Under the pieces are notes generated by a model. The model ran no database searches. It worked only from the letters and a program-made list of their open reading frames with translations, and was not told where the DNA came from. A stretch of 62,545 nt of DNA, the filler included, from Rhabdomonas costata (taxonomy: Eukaryota), in assembly GCA_019059605.1 (NCBI GenBank). It is 42 parts of 42 records of this genome, joined end to end, with 100 filler letters (N's around TTAATTAATTAA, not from the genome) between each part and the next. Parts side by side here need not be neighbours in the genome. Positions count along the whole stretch, not along the records: positions 49,227 to 50,617 come from JAHMHO010017319.1; positions 50,718 to 52,108 come from JAHMHO010017320.1; positions 52,209 to 53,599 come from JAHMHO010017321.1; positions 53,700 to 55,090 come from JAHMHO010017322.1; positions 55,191 to 56,581 come from JAHMHO010017323.1; positions 56,682 to 58,072 come from JAHMHO010017324.1; positions 58,173 to 59,563 come from JAHMHO010017325.1; positions 59,664 to 61,054 come from JAHMHO010017326.1; 34 more parts are not named here. The stretch is one strand, 5' to 3'. A program made the position numbers and the translations under genes. This document shows positions 49,227 to 62,507 of the stretch, piece by piece (positions within the stretch are counted from its first letter, which is position 1; every line of letters begins with the position of its first letter).

Positions 49227-50617
49227 CGCGTTTTACCACGCGGACGCAGAGAGACGGTGGAGTCTTCCCTTCTTCTCCACTTAGCCCTCCACCACAATGG
49301 ATGCCCATCCCATCTCGTCACGGAACAAGTAACAAACAAAGGGAAGCATCGCCCACGAGAATCGTCGCGGCCTCCGCCCCCGCCACCTGATTCTGCTGCC
49401 AGATGTGTGTGTAGTAGTCCGAGTCCGGCAGGACGACAACCAGTATCCACCGCAGTCCACTAGCCTGCGAAGTGGAGATCTGCATCTGCAGAACGACGGC
49501 ATCCCCAAAAGTGTCAAAGTGATGGTGCTGAATGCCACCGTCCTGAAAGTCGGCAGCAGTCCCAGCAAGGTGTTGAATCTGGAGGATGTCCCTGGTAAGG
49601 GTGACCGGGCTTGCCGTGGCGGAGGCGATCGGTGTCTTCGTGTCCTCCTCCATCAGAAGAAGCATTCCCGAGCTTCTCAGTTCGAGATGCGCCGCAGTGA
49701 GCTGGTCGCTTAATGCGGAGAAAGGGTAGGCCACTCCGTACGCCGCCGCGAGGGTGTTGTTCGGGTAGAACACCACGCTGGTGGCCGTGATCATGTGTGT
49801 GGTGGTCAGCGCGGACGGTGCTGTGTAGGTGAATGCTGGGCCTCCCTGGGCAGTGGCAGTGCGATACCATGGGAGAAGTCTAGGGTCAGTCATTGTAGTC
49901 AAGTAGACGCTTCCCAGGGAGCCGTTGAAGCTCCAAAAAGTCATGTTGGCTTCGACACCCACCGCGCATGGGGGTCGGTGACCCACAGCAACGCCCCCTG
50001 AGGGCATTCGAATGGCCCCCGCTGTCTCTCCATTGGGCTGAGCAAAGTACATTCCTTGCAGAACAGGGTTTTTACTCATCAAATTGTACGTGTACGACAT
50101 CACCTCCTGAGATGTGCTGTACCGCATTTCAGGGATGGCTTCCCATCCGTCAAGCAGGTGCACCATCCCAACCAGCACATTTCCAAGTCGGTTCTTCAAG
50201 TTGTACATCACCGTTGTCTGGAAAACAACAGAGAGATGCCGACAGAGGAGACAGCGGCTCCATTGAGGGTTAGCCACAGGCTGGCAGTAAAGGCACCCGT
50301 GAAGGCAAGCACCGTGGCCACAAAACACATACAAAGCGGTACAGTACGAGACATTCACAGCAGAACACAGTCTGAAGAAAAGGAGGAAGAGATGGAGCAA
50401 CCGTAGCAACCATACGTCGAATCCTGCAGTGGCATGTGCGTGCATCGCGTTTCTTTTGGACTGACTGCAAGGAAATATTCATTTGATCACCGCGTTTTAC
50501 CACGCGGACGCAGAGAGACGGTGGAGTCTTCCCTTCTTCTCCACTTAGCCCTCCACCACAATGGATGCCCATCCCATCTCGTCACGGAACAAGTAACAAA
50601 CAAAGGGAAGCATCGCC
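49227..50617. repeat. Exact 127-bp terminal direct repeat (49227-49353 = 50491-50617); unit length 1264 bp
   Basis: The first and last 127 nt of the contig are identical. Confidence 0.95.
49387..50217 (-). CDS. dCache-type extracellular sensor domain, single 831-nt phase-0 exon
   Basis: Motifs GMYFAQPNG, TDPRLLPWYRTA..GGPAFT, ITATSVVFYPNNTLAAAYGV..LSDQL, GMLLLME and GLRWILVVVLPDSDYY follow the dCache_1 pattern. The acceptor is TTTTCCAG and the donor is CAG/GTGGCG. Confidence 0.85.
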
Positions 50618-53600
50618 NNNNNNNNNNNNNNNNNNNNNNNNNNNNNNNNNNNNNNNNNNNNTTAATTAATTAANNNNNNNNNNNNNNNNNNNNNNNNNNN
50701 NNNNNNNNNNNNNNNNNGGGTTTGGGGTGTTGGGTGTGTGCGGTGTGTGTTTGTGTCGCCGGGCACGTGGCTGGGTGGGTGTGGATGGATATTTCTGTGT
50801 GCTCCCGAAGGGAACACAGGTTTTCCGGCACCCTTAGGAGTGAGTGAGTGAGTGAGTGAGTGAATATTTGCATGCTATTCGATCTGCACCTGAAGGCCGC
50901 GCATAAATCACTGGGCTGCTCGCTGGCTGCTGCAGCTTTGTACACGCCGTTTGCGAAGCTGCGGCGTTGATTTCTTCGTGTGTCGATGTTGCCATGTTTG
51001 CTGCGGTGCTCCAAACGGGATTCCTTCCCATACCCACCGCACTTCATTTTTTGCACTGATTGTTTTTTGCCCCGAAAGAAGTTGAACCACACACACACAC
51101 ACACACCCCTCCAAAGCGCGGTGGGGATGGAGCTGTGCCCGGCGCTTGGGGTGTGCATCCCCGTGGGCAAGGACAGCCTGAGCATGAGCACTCGGTGGGA
51201 GGCCGAAGGGAGCTCCGCAGTGCGCGTGGTCAGCCCTCTCTCCCTCATCATTACCGCCTTCGCCGTGGTGGCCGACGTGGTTCAGCACACCCGCACCCTT
51301 CTACACACACCTTCTCCCCCCAGTACGACCCGCTTGGCACTTCCAGAGAATCGAGACGGTTGTATACCTTGCTCATCGTCATGTTTACAGTCCCTCGTCC
51401 AGCCTCATGTGCAACCGCAGCCAGACAGAAGCCCCCAGTGAGCAACTGCAGTTAGTGGGAATCACCACGGCTTGTGGGATGCTCTCCATCGTATCAGCTC
51501 TGTCTCAGTCTTGAAAAAATGTTGAATGGCGAAACCTGCCATTTTTGGGGGGCCACCACCTGGCCTCTCGCTTTTTGCCACATCCTCCTCGTGGCTCGTG
51601 CTCAGAGGCAGACGCTGACCCCAGTGTTGCGCCGCGAGCCCGACACGGTGCTGCTGCTGGTGGACCTTGCGCTGGGCAAGCAAAGGCTGGGTGCCTCGTG
51701 TCTCGCCCAGGTGTGCTCACCGGTCAACGGTCATTGAAGGGGAAGCCCCAGAAGCCTCCGCTTATGCTGATGCGGTCACACCTTGCCTTATGCTCTTCTA
51801 TATCAAGCCACTCACACCAGACACATTTCACAAAGTTGCCATCGTCGTCGTTTCCTGCCTGTCCTTCCGGTGGGTTCTAGCAGCAGTGGCGGAAGGACAA
51901 AACGAGAAGCAAACCTACTCTTACTTCGTCGTTTGGTGGGAAGGACAATGGATGAGTGGGAGGGTACATTTGTTTGCATTCGTATGTGTGTGTGCATAAA
52001 TCTGATTTCCTCCCCTGGCATCTCGTCGCTCCCGTCTTCAGGTGTACCGCAGCCTAGGCTCTGCCGCCGTCGATGTTGAGGATCCCGTGCTGCTACGGAA
52101 CCCACACCNNNNNNNNNNNNNNNNNNNNNNNNNNNNNNNNNNNNNNNNNNNNTTAATTAATTAANNNNNNNNNNNNNNNNNNNNNNNNNNNNNNNNNNNN
52201 NNNNNNNNTGTGGTGGGCAATTGTATGTGTGCGGCCCAAGGGAACAGTGTGAAAATGCCTGTCCGTCGGGGGTTGGTGGGCAGCCAAGTGGGTCAGTCCC
52301 TGCTGAAGCAAGCAACCCGGAACCTGGCGATTCTGGCGAAGCACCCTGCGGTGGAGCCGAAGCTGACTCTAGTCAGGGAACAGCTGCAGGCTCTGCAGCA
52401 GAAGTTCGCCCATGCCAAGGGCAACTAAGAGGGATGAGGTCAACCCGAAGCAGAGGGAAGGAGAGGGGACGGTGATTGGGATTTTGGTGAGATGAGGAAC
52501 AGCGGCCGGGAAGACGGGTAAAGGGAGAGGGAAGGATTTGGTTGTGGGTTGGCTCTCGTGCAGTGGGCTGTTCATAGGCGCCAAAACGGCGATGGTTTCT
52601 CCAAACGGCCGGCTCAACTTTCCGTCGAGCCTTTCGCAGCGAGGCAGAACGAAATAGTCAGCCTCAGTCTGCTTTCTTCGCTGCTCTCTGCTCGTACTCC
52701 TTGATGTACCTGCGGTAGGACGACCCCCCTCTGCTGCTCTGAATACCCCCAATTGGTTTTTTAACGCATCTACGCAACACAGCCATTCCTGCTTCACCCG
52801 AAGTAAAGTGTGGCATTTCTTGTACACTGATATTATGGAGCCTGGAAATGCGAAAACACGCATGAAACATAAGCACAAAAAAAAGTAAATGAAATGTTTT
52901 TGCCACTTGCAGACCAAGTCTCGAACCTCCTGCCAACGCGAAACACTTGTCTCAAAAACAACAGCTTTGGAGCAGGGGGAAAGCCAGGATTGCCATCGCA
53001 ACACAGAGACCCTCCCCAATAATTGTCTCATCGGTTATGCAGCTGCATCCTCAGTTGCAGCCTCATATCGTGTTTCTGCGATGTGTCAACACTCACCCAC
53101 TCCGCACAGATATGCCGGTGGCCAAAGCGAAGACCAACCCGCCCCATGTCGGAAAATCCAAAAGACTATGCCGCTGCCACACCGTAGCCGGTGCACCAGC
53201 GGGGGATGCGAATCATGAAACAGGGAGTACAAGGGGTCAGGGTCCACTTCACCCTTCTCCTTGATGCACGTCCGAAGTAGCCCTGCAGAGAGAGAGGTAG
53301 TCATCGAACAAATCCGCTGATGTTTACCGTTCTGATGAAGAGAACTGACAACAGATTGCTCGGCAGGTTCTCTTCACACATTTATTTTCAGAGCGCCCGC
53401 CTGACACAATTATACTGTATTCCGCGCTTAAACAATCCAGCGCAGAATGAACTAATGCGCAGCGATGGAAGCGACGAGGATTCCCCGTGCAAGGGACTCG
53501 CCGAGACGTAAAGGCGGAAAAGTGACGGCCAACTCCGCTCAAAAAGCATTTGTCGAACATTCATAAGACATCGTAAATACTCGCTCACCACACCCCCCCN

Positions 53601-56600
53601 NNNNNNNNNNNNNNNNNNNNNNNNNNNNNNNNNNNNNNNNNNNTTAATTAATTAANNNNNNNNNNNNNNNNNNNNNNNNNNNNNNNNNNNNNNNNNNNNG
53701 GTGTTGTGGGCATGGTCTCTGCCGCAGGTCGGGGGTTTATCTCTCTCTCTCTCTCGTGCTGTTCGTCCGTTTGTTTGGTTACATTCCGGCCTTTTTTATA
53801 CAGAATTTCGACGCCCAACTTTCATTTATTGTTTTTGCCAAATGGTGCGCAAACTGGCCATCGGCGCCGCAGCCGGGTGAGGCAATATTGGTCGAATCTT
53901 TCTTTTTACAACGGCGCTTTGCTAAGCCCCGCGAAATGACATCCTATGGCGCCTTCGCCATGAGAAGTTCCTTTCGCCCTGGCCCCCCCATTTTTGTCGC
54001 GGTTTGTCCGCCTGCTCCGCCAAAGGCCATTTCTTTCCCCCCGGCTTTTCCGTTTCTTTATCCGAGGCCGCACATCAATCCATTTCTGATTACCTGTTTT
54101 AATGCCCTGTTGCTTTCCCATAGGAACGTTGATTCATTTTTGAATTTTCGGCCGTGGGGAGACGGACGCATAATGGAAGGATGCCTTATTAGACCCGTGG
54201 CGTTCTTTTCCATTAGCTCTTATGTTAAAAGCACCGGGAAGGGGATGCGACGAAGAAGGGGCCATCAGACGGCAGCGCATGGCGATTCGAAGTTTGTGGT
54301 CGGCGCAAAAAGTAACAAAAACAAAGTGGGGATGAGCAAACGCGGCGGACCAAGGGAAAATTAAAATTTTGCTAAGCGACTGGTTCTCAATCCAGAGTTT
54401 TTATGTTATAGATGGTGGGGGGTGCGCTCTTTCTCTATCGACCGCCCCATGTACAAAAAACATCGGGGGCTAAAGCCACCGTTAGTGCATACGGTGCTTT
54501 GCGCAGTGTAAAAAGACGGATATCGTGGAAATTTTGGTGGTTTTGGAGCAACAGTAGATCAGACATCAGAAATGGCCATCACTGAAATCACGTAATAAAG
54601 GGCTCCAATTTCGGAAAAAAGAGAGTCTTTTTGGTGATCGTGTGGGGCGTTTCTGCAGTCCCCAACTCGAGACCTTTTCAGTGGGTGATCTATGGGCGCG
54701 GAATTGTCTGCGTTGTTGTTAATGTCAGCGGTGCCGTAAGAATTGCGCAGGATCAATACCATTCTGTTTTCAGAAGCTCTGAAAATAAACTCGTAGAGTT
54801 GGCCAAATATAATGCTTTCAATCCCCCTATACACTTCCAGCAGCCCGACCCACACACCCACACCCACACCCACACCGAGGGGCTCCAGCACCCCCAGCAG
54901 CAGCAGATGCAGATTCAGGAGCATCACGCAGACGCTCCATCATCATCATTCTCATGTTGTGCGCGTTTCCACCAACGCCATGTGCTTCATCGGGCGCTTC
55001 CATTGGGAAGGGTGGGGCATCAGAGGCAGCAGCAGCACAAACTTCTCAAAACACAAGCACACATACAAACACACAAAAAAAACACCCACCNNNNNNNNNN
55101 NNNNNNNNNNNNNNNNNNNNNNNNNNNNNNNNNNTTAATTAATTAANNNNNNNNNNNNNNNNNNNNNNNNNNNNNNNNNNNNNNNNNNNNTTTTGTTTTG
55201 TTGGCCACCGCTGCAGCGGGAGTATTCGAGGTGGAGAGTATAGTATTGCTCGGCACTTTCGATGGACGTATAAGGTATAGCTGCCTCATTCGTGAGACTT
55301 TTTCGTCCATGGCTGTGACGCTCAAGAGGACCGCTTACCCCATTCCATACATTAGCGGGGACACAATTGTGCTTGCTTTTCGTTGCTGGATGACAGTGTG
55401 TATATTATGGTGTTTTGTCTTTTCTCGGATGATGTCCGGGCGTCAAATCTGAGCTGAACTGATGGCCCGCTTCTCGTATGCTCATTCGCTTCGGTTGGGA
55501 ACACTCGTGCTGCAAACTTTCCCTGGTGTGCAGCTGTGGCAATGCTCTTACAAGCTGCGCGCATGCTTCCAGGAATCTGGGTGACACGACCTAAATCATC
55601 CATCGCCCATCAAGGAAGATTTTTCAGCTTTTCAGGTATTTTAAAACTGTATCTTCACAGCAATACTCAGCTTCCTTGAACCAAGAGCGGCTGCCGCGTT
55701 TCCCCGTGGCTTTTTTTGCGGTAATATCCCGTAGCTGAACTTGTTAAATGGAAATTTTGATGGAATGATGAGACGTGAAGGTCGATAAAACCTGTGATTG
55801 CCGAAGCGTGCCACTGGATCATATTTGATTCCGGAAGTGCCGGGTTTTGTCTCACGCGGCATGTTCCAAACATACCATTGAGCTACTCTTGCATCCCTAA
55901 GTTTGAGTCCTTGCCCAGAGCTGTACCGAAAGTCCTTTTAAAAGTCCAAACAATTTGAAATTATCGTGCCTCTCTTGGATGTTTAAAGGGCACTAACTCC
56001 CCACTAAGAGCGCAGCCCAATAGTTTGCCCGATATCCTTCTGGTCAAGTGGCCAGACGTTTGAGGCTTTGAAACGGAGCGTATGATATGAGCCACGTGGC
56101 CCCGTAAAGACGAGTTCTTCACGAATGACGGTCACAAAATGCGGTGATGCTATTTTGGACATATCTCTTGTAAAAAGAAGTATGCCATACGCTCGAAAAC
56201 TGGTTGCCGCAAACGCAAAAAAAAATGCTGGGCGTTAAAGCGCGAAACCCGAGTCCATTTTTTCCTTTTTTTCTTTCCTTTCCTTTCCTTCCTTCAGCCC
56301 TCTCTGTACCCCAAATTGAAAATCCGACACTATGAAGAGGAAACCAAAGAACTATGCTGTTGTTTTTGCCTACCATTCCGGTAGAAGCGCATGGCATGGG
56401 GTGTTCATGATAGTTGCTAACCTCAAAACCACATAACCACATAAGGGCACACCACACCCACACACAAAGGAGCAAGACACGAAGAGGTGGAAGAGACCGC
56501 CGCACAGCATGGCATAAGAGAACACAGCATCCACGAGCATCCTCCCCATGACACCCACACCCCCCCAAACACACCCACCACNNNNNNNNNNNNNNNNNNN

Positions 56601-57119
56601 NNNNNNNNNNNNNNNNNNNNNNNNNTTAATTAATTAANNNNNNNNNNNNNNNNNNNNNNNNNNNNNNNNNNNNNNNNNNNNGGGTTTGTGTGTGCGACGC
56701 AAATGAATTTCTGTGGGTGATATGAAGGTGTGTGGGTGCACCTACAACTTCAAAATTCGCTGTGGACATTTTATTTCCGAACCGTGTACTTTGTCGTAGC
56801 AATCCCAAAACACGAACACTTTTCCACTTAATTGGGATGGGGGGGGGAATTTTTGACCAATGTTTTTTTTCAACGATGTCATGCAACGCGTGGTAGAATG
56901 CAGGCTGTGTTTCCGAACTTTGCGGATTTTGGATTCCTTTGATTCTGGCCAAGTTATCATGCAAAATGGCGTGGCATTGAGGCAGCAGATTGACAACATC
57001 GAGTTTTTGGGGTATATTTTTATGATATAGTACGTTACACCGTAAACTCAGAAAAGCCAACCCAAGCATGAAATAATAGCATCTTGCACACTCAACAACA
57101 ATGACAAGAATCAAAGTCT

Positions 57120-57920
57120 TCACTTGACACGCCCTCCCTTGTTCCTGATGCACTGCTTTACCCTGGATCGAAAACTGCTCACCAGCTTGTCCACCTCGCT
57201 TTGCGGGTACTCATCCCACACTTTTCTAATATACGCGTTGAGTTGGTCGACATCGATTGGTCCGCAGTCGTTAACCCTGCGGGCGAGTATCGCACAGAGG
57301 GTTTTCAGGTCAGGAGAACGTGGAGGCCAGCCCTTCATCACGGGGATCTTTTTCCTTTTTAAAAAGGACTCAACAGCGCTGGCCATTTGTACCTTTGCTC
57401 CATTCTGAACCAGAATGTTGGTTTTCAGAAGAGTCAGATGGGGCTTGAAACACTCCTTTTCATAAACCTCAGCATTCACCATGGTAGCCGGAAGAAAGAC
57501 AAGCTTCTTGACGCCGACCCCAATCATCTCCCAAACGTGGACTTTTGGTGCCCAACGATCTCTTCCTAAGCTTCCTAAGGGCTCTACAACCTCACCAGGC
57601 ATCACCCACTCCCACATGCAGCCGTGGTCATTCCAGTCAAAATACCTCTTATCCGTGAAAAGTAGCTTTTCACATTGCAAATAAGTAAGTATGAAACCCT
57701 TCTTGGGCGAGTAAGTATGAACCTTTCTGCAAAACAGACGTCTTTTCTCGCAATCACCGACCCGCCGTCGCGGTGCTTTTGGTCGGCAGCGTGGCTCCCA
57801 TAGACCATAAATCTCGTCGAACAGTCATAGATGTGACGGTGATGCCGTGATTTAATGCCAGTTGTTGAGCGATTGTTGCACACGAAGAAAATTCCCTTCT
57901 GGTCATGATAACTGGCTTTG
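57120..57920 (-). mobile_element. Degenerate Tc1/mariner transposase
   Basis: An HTH-like part (ATIAQQLALNHGITVTSMTVRRDL) is frameshifted from the DDE part LLFTDK..KVHVW..MVNAEVY..LVQNGA..WPPRSPDL..LVSSFRSRVKQCIRNKGG. The second Asp and the NPIE glutamate motif are lost. Confidence 0.9.
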
Positions 57921-58179
57921 CTTTTTCGGTCCCCTCAAATTCGTATGTTGCCGCTGGGCGGTGTATTTTTTGGATTGATAAACTTTGACCAAACGACGCC
58001 GCTTGGGGAGCATGCTCAAATGTGCGGCGTCGTTTGGTCAAAGTTTATCAATCCAAAAAATACACCACCACANNNNNNNNNNNNNNNNNNNNNNNNNNNN
58101 NNNNNNNNNNNNNNNNTTAATTAATTAANNNNNNNNNNNNNNNNNNNNNNNNNNNNNNNNNNNNNNNNNNNNGGTTTTT

Positions 58180-58337
58180 GGGATGCCCGCCCAAGGAGTG
58201 GGGTACGCGCTGTGGTATGCGTGGGTGGGCAACGGGTACGCGTATGACTACTTCCTGGTGGCTTTGGGGACGTCAGCGGGTGGGCTGTGCCTCTCCATGG
58301 GAGTCTCGGCTGGGCTGGAGAAGCTCGCGGAGCGATG
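58180..58337 (+). CDS. Hydrophobic exon of an unknown membrane protein
   Basis: GVGYALWYAWVGNGYAYDYFLVALGTSAGGLCLSMGVSAGLEKLAERW, followed by a GTTTGT donor. Confidence 0.4.
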
Positions 58338-59799
58338 GTTTGTTGCTTGTGCGTGGATGTGTTCTCCGCTCGTTGCGTGGCCCTCTGATCCGTGCCGCGA
58401 ATATCAAGTGAGCCAGAAAGACCCCCTGTGCAACTACATCGCATCGTGTTGATAAGGATGTTGAAAGGTTCAGTGATGGTGTCACCGTGGTCAAAAGGAG
58501 ATGAAGACATGAAGAGGAGGTGAAGTGCGGCAACCCAGCCATTCAATTCAGGCTGTGCGACCGCAGAGGGGGCAGGGGGAGACCGGTTGGAGCTCTCTAG
58601 ACCCGTGATTTTAATGCGCCGTTGAGCCCATGACACTCCCGAGAAGCCAGGTAGCCCCAGGAGATTCAACAAAACCCGCTGGATGAGCAAAGGTCCTCCA
58701 CCGAAGCAATGCTGTACACGCAGTGGGGTGTTCATGTGTTTGCGTGCCGTGTTATTAATCTCATATCATCTGAGCTCTCTGCACAGTGAGTGCAGAGAGC
58801 TCAGATGTTTGGATTTTGAATGTAGTCAGGAACAGGTACCGGTGCAGTGATGCGTTGTGAGGAAAGCGGAGCCCATCGAAAAGTAAGTTACTTTGTGATT
58901 GCCTTGGCTTGGAGACTACCACGGAACGTGTGTGGTTCTCTAACCCCCTGTGAGGCCAAGATCCTGTCCCAGGGAACATCAACCACATGAGATCACCCTG
59001 CAAAAAATGCGGAAGTCGAGCTGGAATTGAGACCAACGTATTTTTGAAGGCGGAAGACCCAGAGGAGGATGAAAAGAAGAAATTTTAAAGGAAATGAAAT
59101 GAAAAAACGCAAAATAAGAAGGATCCTGAAAAGGCAAATAATTCTTCATCTGTCCCCTCTTCCCCTCGTAGGTCAATGTTGGGGCAAAAACTACGCAGAT
59201 ACCTTAGAGCTATCTCAACACTGACTTTTCGGGGGATAGGGGGACGAAATTGACGACACAGATGCTGTTTTCTATGCATATTTTCCTATATTTGCTCCCC
59301 CCCCTTTTTTTTGCTTATTTGGGCTAATTTTACCTAATTTTGGCTAATTTTATTACCCCTTTAGGTCAAATTTGACTTTTTTGGAGGCCTCCTGGAGACT
59401 TCACAAGCGAGCAAGGGAAGGTCATGGTGCAGGAAGGAATATCAGGGGGAGGACTATGCCTTAGGGTCCAAAAGAGCCCTCGGGCAAGGAGTGGCAGAAA
59501 GTTTCGGAATTATTGCTATTTTTTACTGTGGATCCATTTTTAATATAAATTGAATTTTGTCAANNNNNNNNNNNNNNNNNNNNNNNNNNNNNNNNNNNNN
59601 NNNNNNNTTAATTAATTAANNNNNNNNNNNNNNNNNNNNNNNNNNNNNNNNNNNNNNNNNNNNTTGTGATGATCATTGACGCCTTGCAAACGACCACCAC
59701 AACATTAGTACATAGTGAAATCCATCAGATAAAATCCATGAGAAGATACCATGATGGGTCAAGGCCTCTGTCACGGTTGCCTCCCCACGCGCTCCGACA

Positions 59800-60107
59800 C
59801 CTCGGCAGAACCCCCGCTTGCATCCGCGGAGGCACTCCCGAGCTCAGGTGGTGCCGTGAACCGCCGAGTCTTGGCCTGGCGGTGCGCCGGCTTCACCGCG
59901 GGAGGGCACTCCGGAGGGCTCCGCAGGAGTTGCTCCATGGGGGTCTGCGGGCGGGTCGTGAGGGCAGACCTTTCGGAGGGCAGGGAATCAAAGCTTGGGA
60001 TGTCGAAGTCACTGCCGCTGTCACAGCCCACAGTGTCGCAGGGGAAGGTGCTGGGGGCCAAGGAAGGGATCGTGTGCGCAGGTTGCAGCGGCATCAGTGT
60101 TACTATG
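59800..60107 (-). CDS. Pro/Ser-rich exon, unknown protein
   Basis: Pyrimidine tract and AG acceptor, an open GC-rich frame, and a GT donor. Confidence 0.4.
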
Positions 60108-61750
60108 CCTTGAGAGGGTAGAACACAAAGGAGAACGGGGGAAAACGGGAAAGAGGGTTTCGTGGAGCAACGTCGGAGTACGCAGAAAGTAAGAGAGAAA
60201 AAAAAAGGAAAAAGGGCGTCGTCTGAGGAGAAAGGCGAAATGCCCATTGGTCGCGCTGTGTCAGAATATAACCAACCAGATTAAGCTCTCTAGGATCTAG
60301 GAGGGGGTGCAACGCCCCACAATCCAATGAGGAAGGTGCGACGAACTTCAAACCGAAGGACCATGGCAGCAGAAGCGGCAACGGATTGGTGCTTGATTTC
60401 CTTCACCGCAGTGGCAAATAATGACAACGTTGCGCAACCTGTTGGGCTGTAAAACAGTAAAACAGGGCCGTTTCCATTGTCGCAATTTCTTGCGCCTCTG
60501 CTTATCTGGTAGGTAGGAAGAGCACATTGCCAACCTACCAGGGGCAGACTGAATAGCCGTAAAATGAAATGAAAGCACACCACCTTCGACGACACCAGCA
60601 AGGGTACCCCAGCGCAAAAAACAAAGGAGAAAAGCATGGGTACAAAGAAGATCGTTTGTATCAATGGCACCAGCGCTGGCGCGCAGATGCGCTTGTGACT
60701 TGTGTCGGGATGTAGGCCTAACGGCAGAGCGGCGCAACGGTCGAAACCGTTGCCCAAAACTCTCCTTACGTGAGAGGACAAAGAGGAAGAACGGAAGCGC
60801 AGAGGCTGGTCACATACCCAGCCACACAAGCGACGTGGCGCGCACGTGAGCGCCGGGATATGCACAGAGACGCCGGGATGCCAAGACAATCACACCACAT
60901 GCTCTGGCTGGCAAAGGTGCCCTTCCAGAGCGGTAAAAAAAAGGACAAAAACACAAACTCACGATTGCGAAAGCCACACTTCAACACTCCCAGACTTTCG
61001 CATGGAGCTGCCCCACAGCGGGCTGCGCCAGAGCGAAAGGCCTCCCCCACACAANNNNNNNNNNNNNNNNNNNNNNNNNNNNNNNNNNNNNNNNNNNNTT
61101 AATTAATTAANNNNNNNNNNNNNNNNNNNNNNNNNNNNNNNNNNNNNNNNNNNNCCAGGTGAGAAATTTCCTGACCTCGCAGGAAAGTGTCTTCCAAAGC
61201 TCAGCTTTGAGAAAAGAAAGTGCAGAAAAAAAGAGACAAAGTGGGTTGGAAATCAGTTAAGACTGGATAAACGCGCAGGCCCCTGCTGGCAGAAACACAG
61301 AAACTCGCGTTCTACGGAGGACAACGACCACACCCGACAGCGCAGGATGTGGCGAAAAAATCAGCTTTAAGGAGGGGGGGCATTCTCATACTGGTATTGC
61401 CGTTTGTCAAGAGTGGGAGGCTCAACACGATATCTGTAAGAGGCGGTGCTTCGAATGCAGAAGAAGTACCACGGTGGAATGTTCACCATGCGAGACTATG
61501 CTATGTATGACACCTTACACAGCCCCCCCCCCCTCGAAGCCAATAAAATCACTCAGGGGGCACGTGCAGGTGCACTACAACCTCAAATACGACAAAATGT
61601 GGGAGACCAATTTTGTAAAACGTTTCTTCTGTACCATTTCACTTTTCCAGTCCAACTATTTTGGCAACGCGGACAGTATAACGGGGGCCACGGTCCTCCC
61701 GTTGCAAATTGGAGGTGGAGCGACGAATGCTGCCGTCGCTGAGGAGGAAA

Positions 61751-62370
61751 CCAGCGTTGAGCAATGGGGCCTGTATGTTGCTGTGATCCCGAATTTCTCA
61801 CACGCACGCACACACACACACACACACCGACTTTTGCCATTCGTTGCTTCTGGGGCAGCACCTTCACCTCCGGGAGGACAATCTTAGCCTTGACAAAGGT
61901 GTTGTATCCGGTGATCGGTCGTGGCTGGGAGAAAGACACACAGACACACTATTTGCATAAGACACGAGTTCATTTGGGGTTTTCCTCCAAGAGAAACACA
62001 CACATGCAACTGCGTGGTGCAGGAAGAGGGAGAGACACGAAGCAGCGGGGGAGCGGAGGACAGGTTTCCGAGACACGTTTCCTTTTCTTAAATACTTAAA
62101 TAGATCAAATCAAATCGATCAAATCGCGTCCGACGAATCAGTGTCTGAACACCACAATGTTGCCCGGAGTGTGGCACAGCTGGATTGTACACCTGTGAAT
62201 GTGCCAAAACCGTTTTCCACAAGGAAAAAAGCGAAGAAAAAACCAGCACGGATGAGCGAAAACCTTTTTGGGAACTGTATCTCTGTGCCCGCGAGGACGG
62301 GGGGCCCCAGTAGCCGCTTGCTCAGCATGGGCCTGCCTCTCGGACTCGGGAAACACCTTACCGATCTCCA
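61751..62370 (-). CDS. HMG-box/YABBY-like DNA-binding protein (exons 62370-62264 and 61924-61832, possibly ~61765-61751)
   Basis: GT-AG splicing gives DTVPKK/PRPITGYNTFVKAK..LPQKQRMAK, with IAQRW 66 nt downstream in frame. This resembles the HMG-box pattern PKRPxSAYxxF..IxxxW. Confidence 0.6.
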
Positions 62371-62456
62371 CTAATTACAAAGAAGAAGGAGACTTCCCCC
62401 CCCCCCAAAAAAAAAGTAGGACAATTAGAAAGAGGCACAGCTGTAGCAAAAAGAGC

Positions 62457-62506
<50 letters not shown>
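62457..62506 (+). repeat. (AAT)n microsatellite, ~16 units
   Basis: Read directly from the sequence. Confidence 0.97.

Positions 62507-62507
<1 letters not shown>

Noticed and set aside
55400-56110. Stop-interrupted long reading frames on the minus strand (similar case at 22379-23770)
   Set aside because: They may be decayed coding sequence, but no family could be recognised.
57960-58066. 43-bp inverted repeat next to the Tc1 transposase, read as a TIR
   Set aside because: Both arms are on the same side of the transposase at the contig end, so it is a fold-back artefact.
1393-61154. Regularly spaced TTAATTAATTAA as a CRISPR-like or biological repeat
   Set aside because: It is embedded in fixed N runs and is a six-frame-stop assembly linker.
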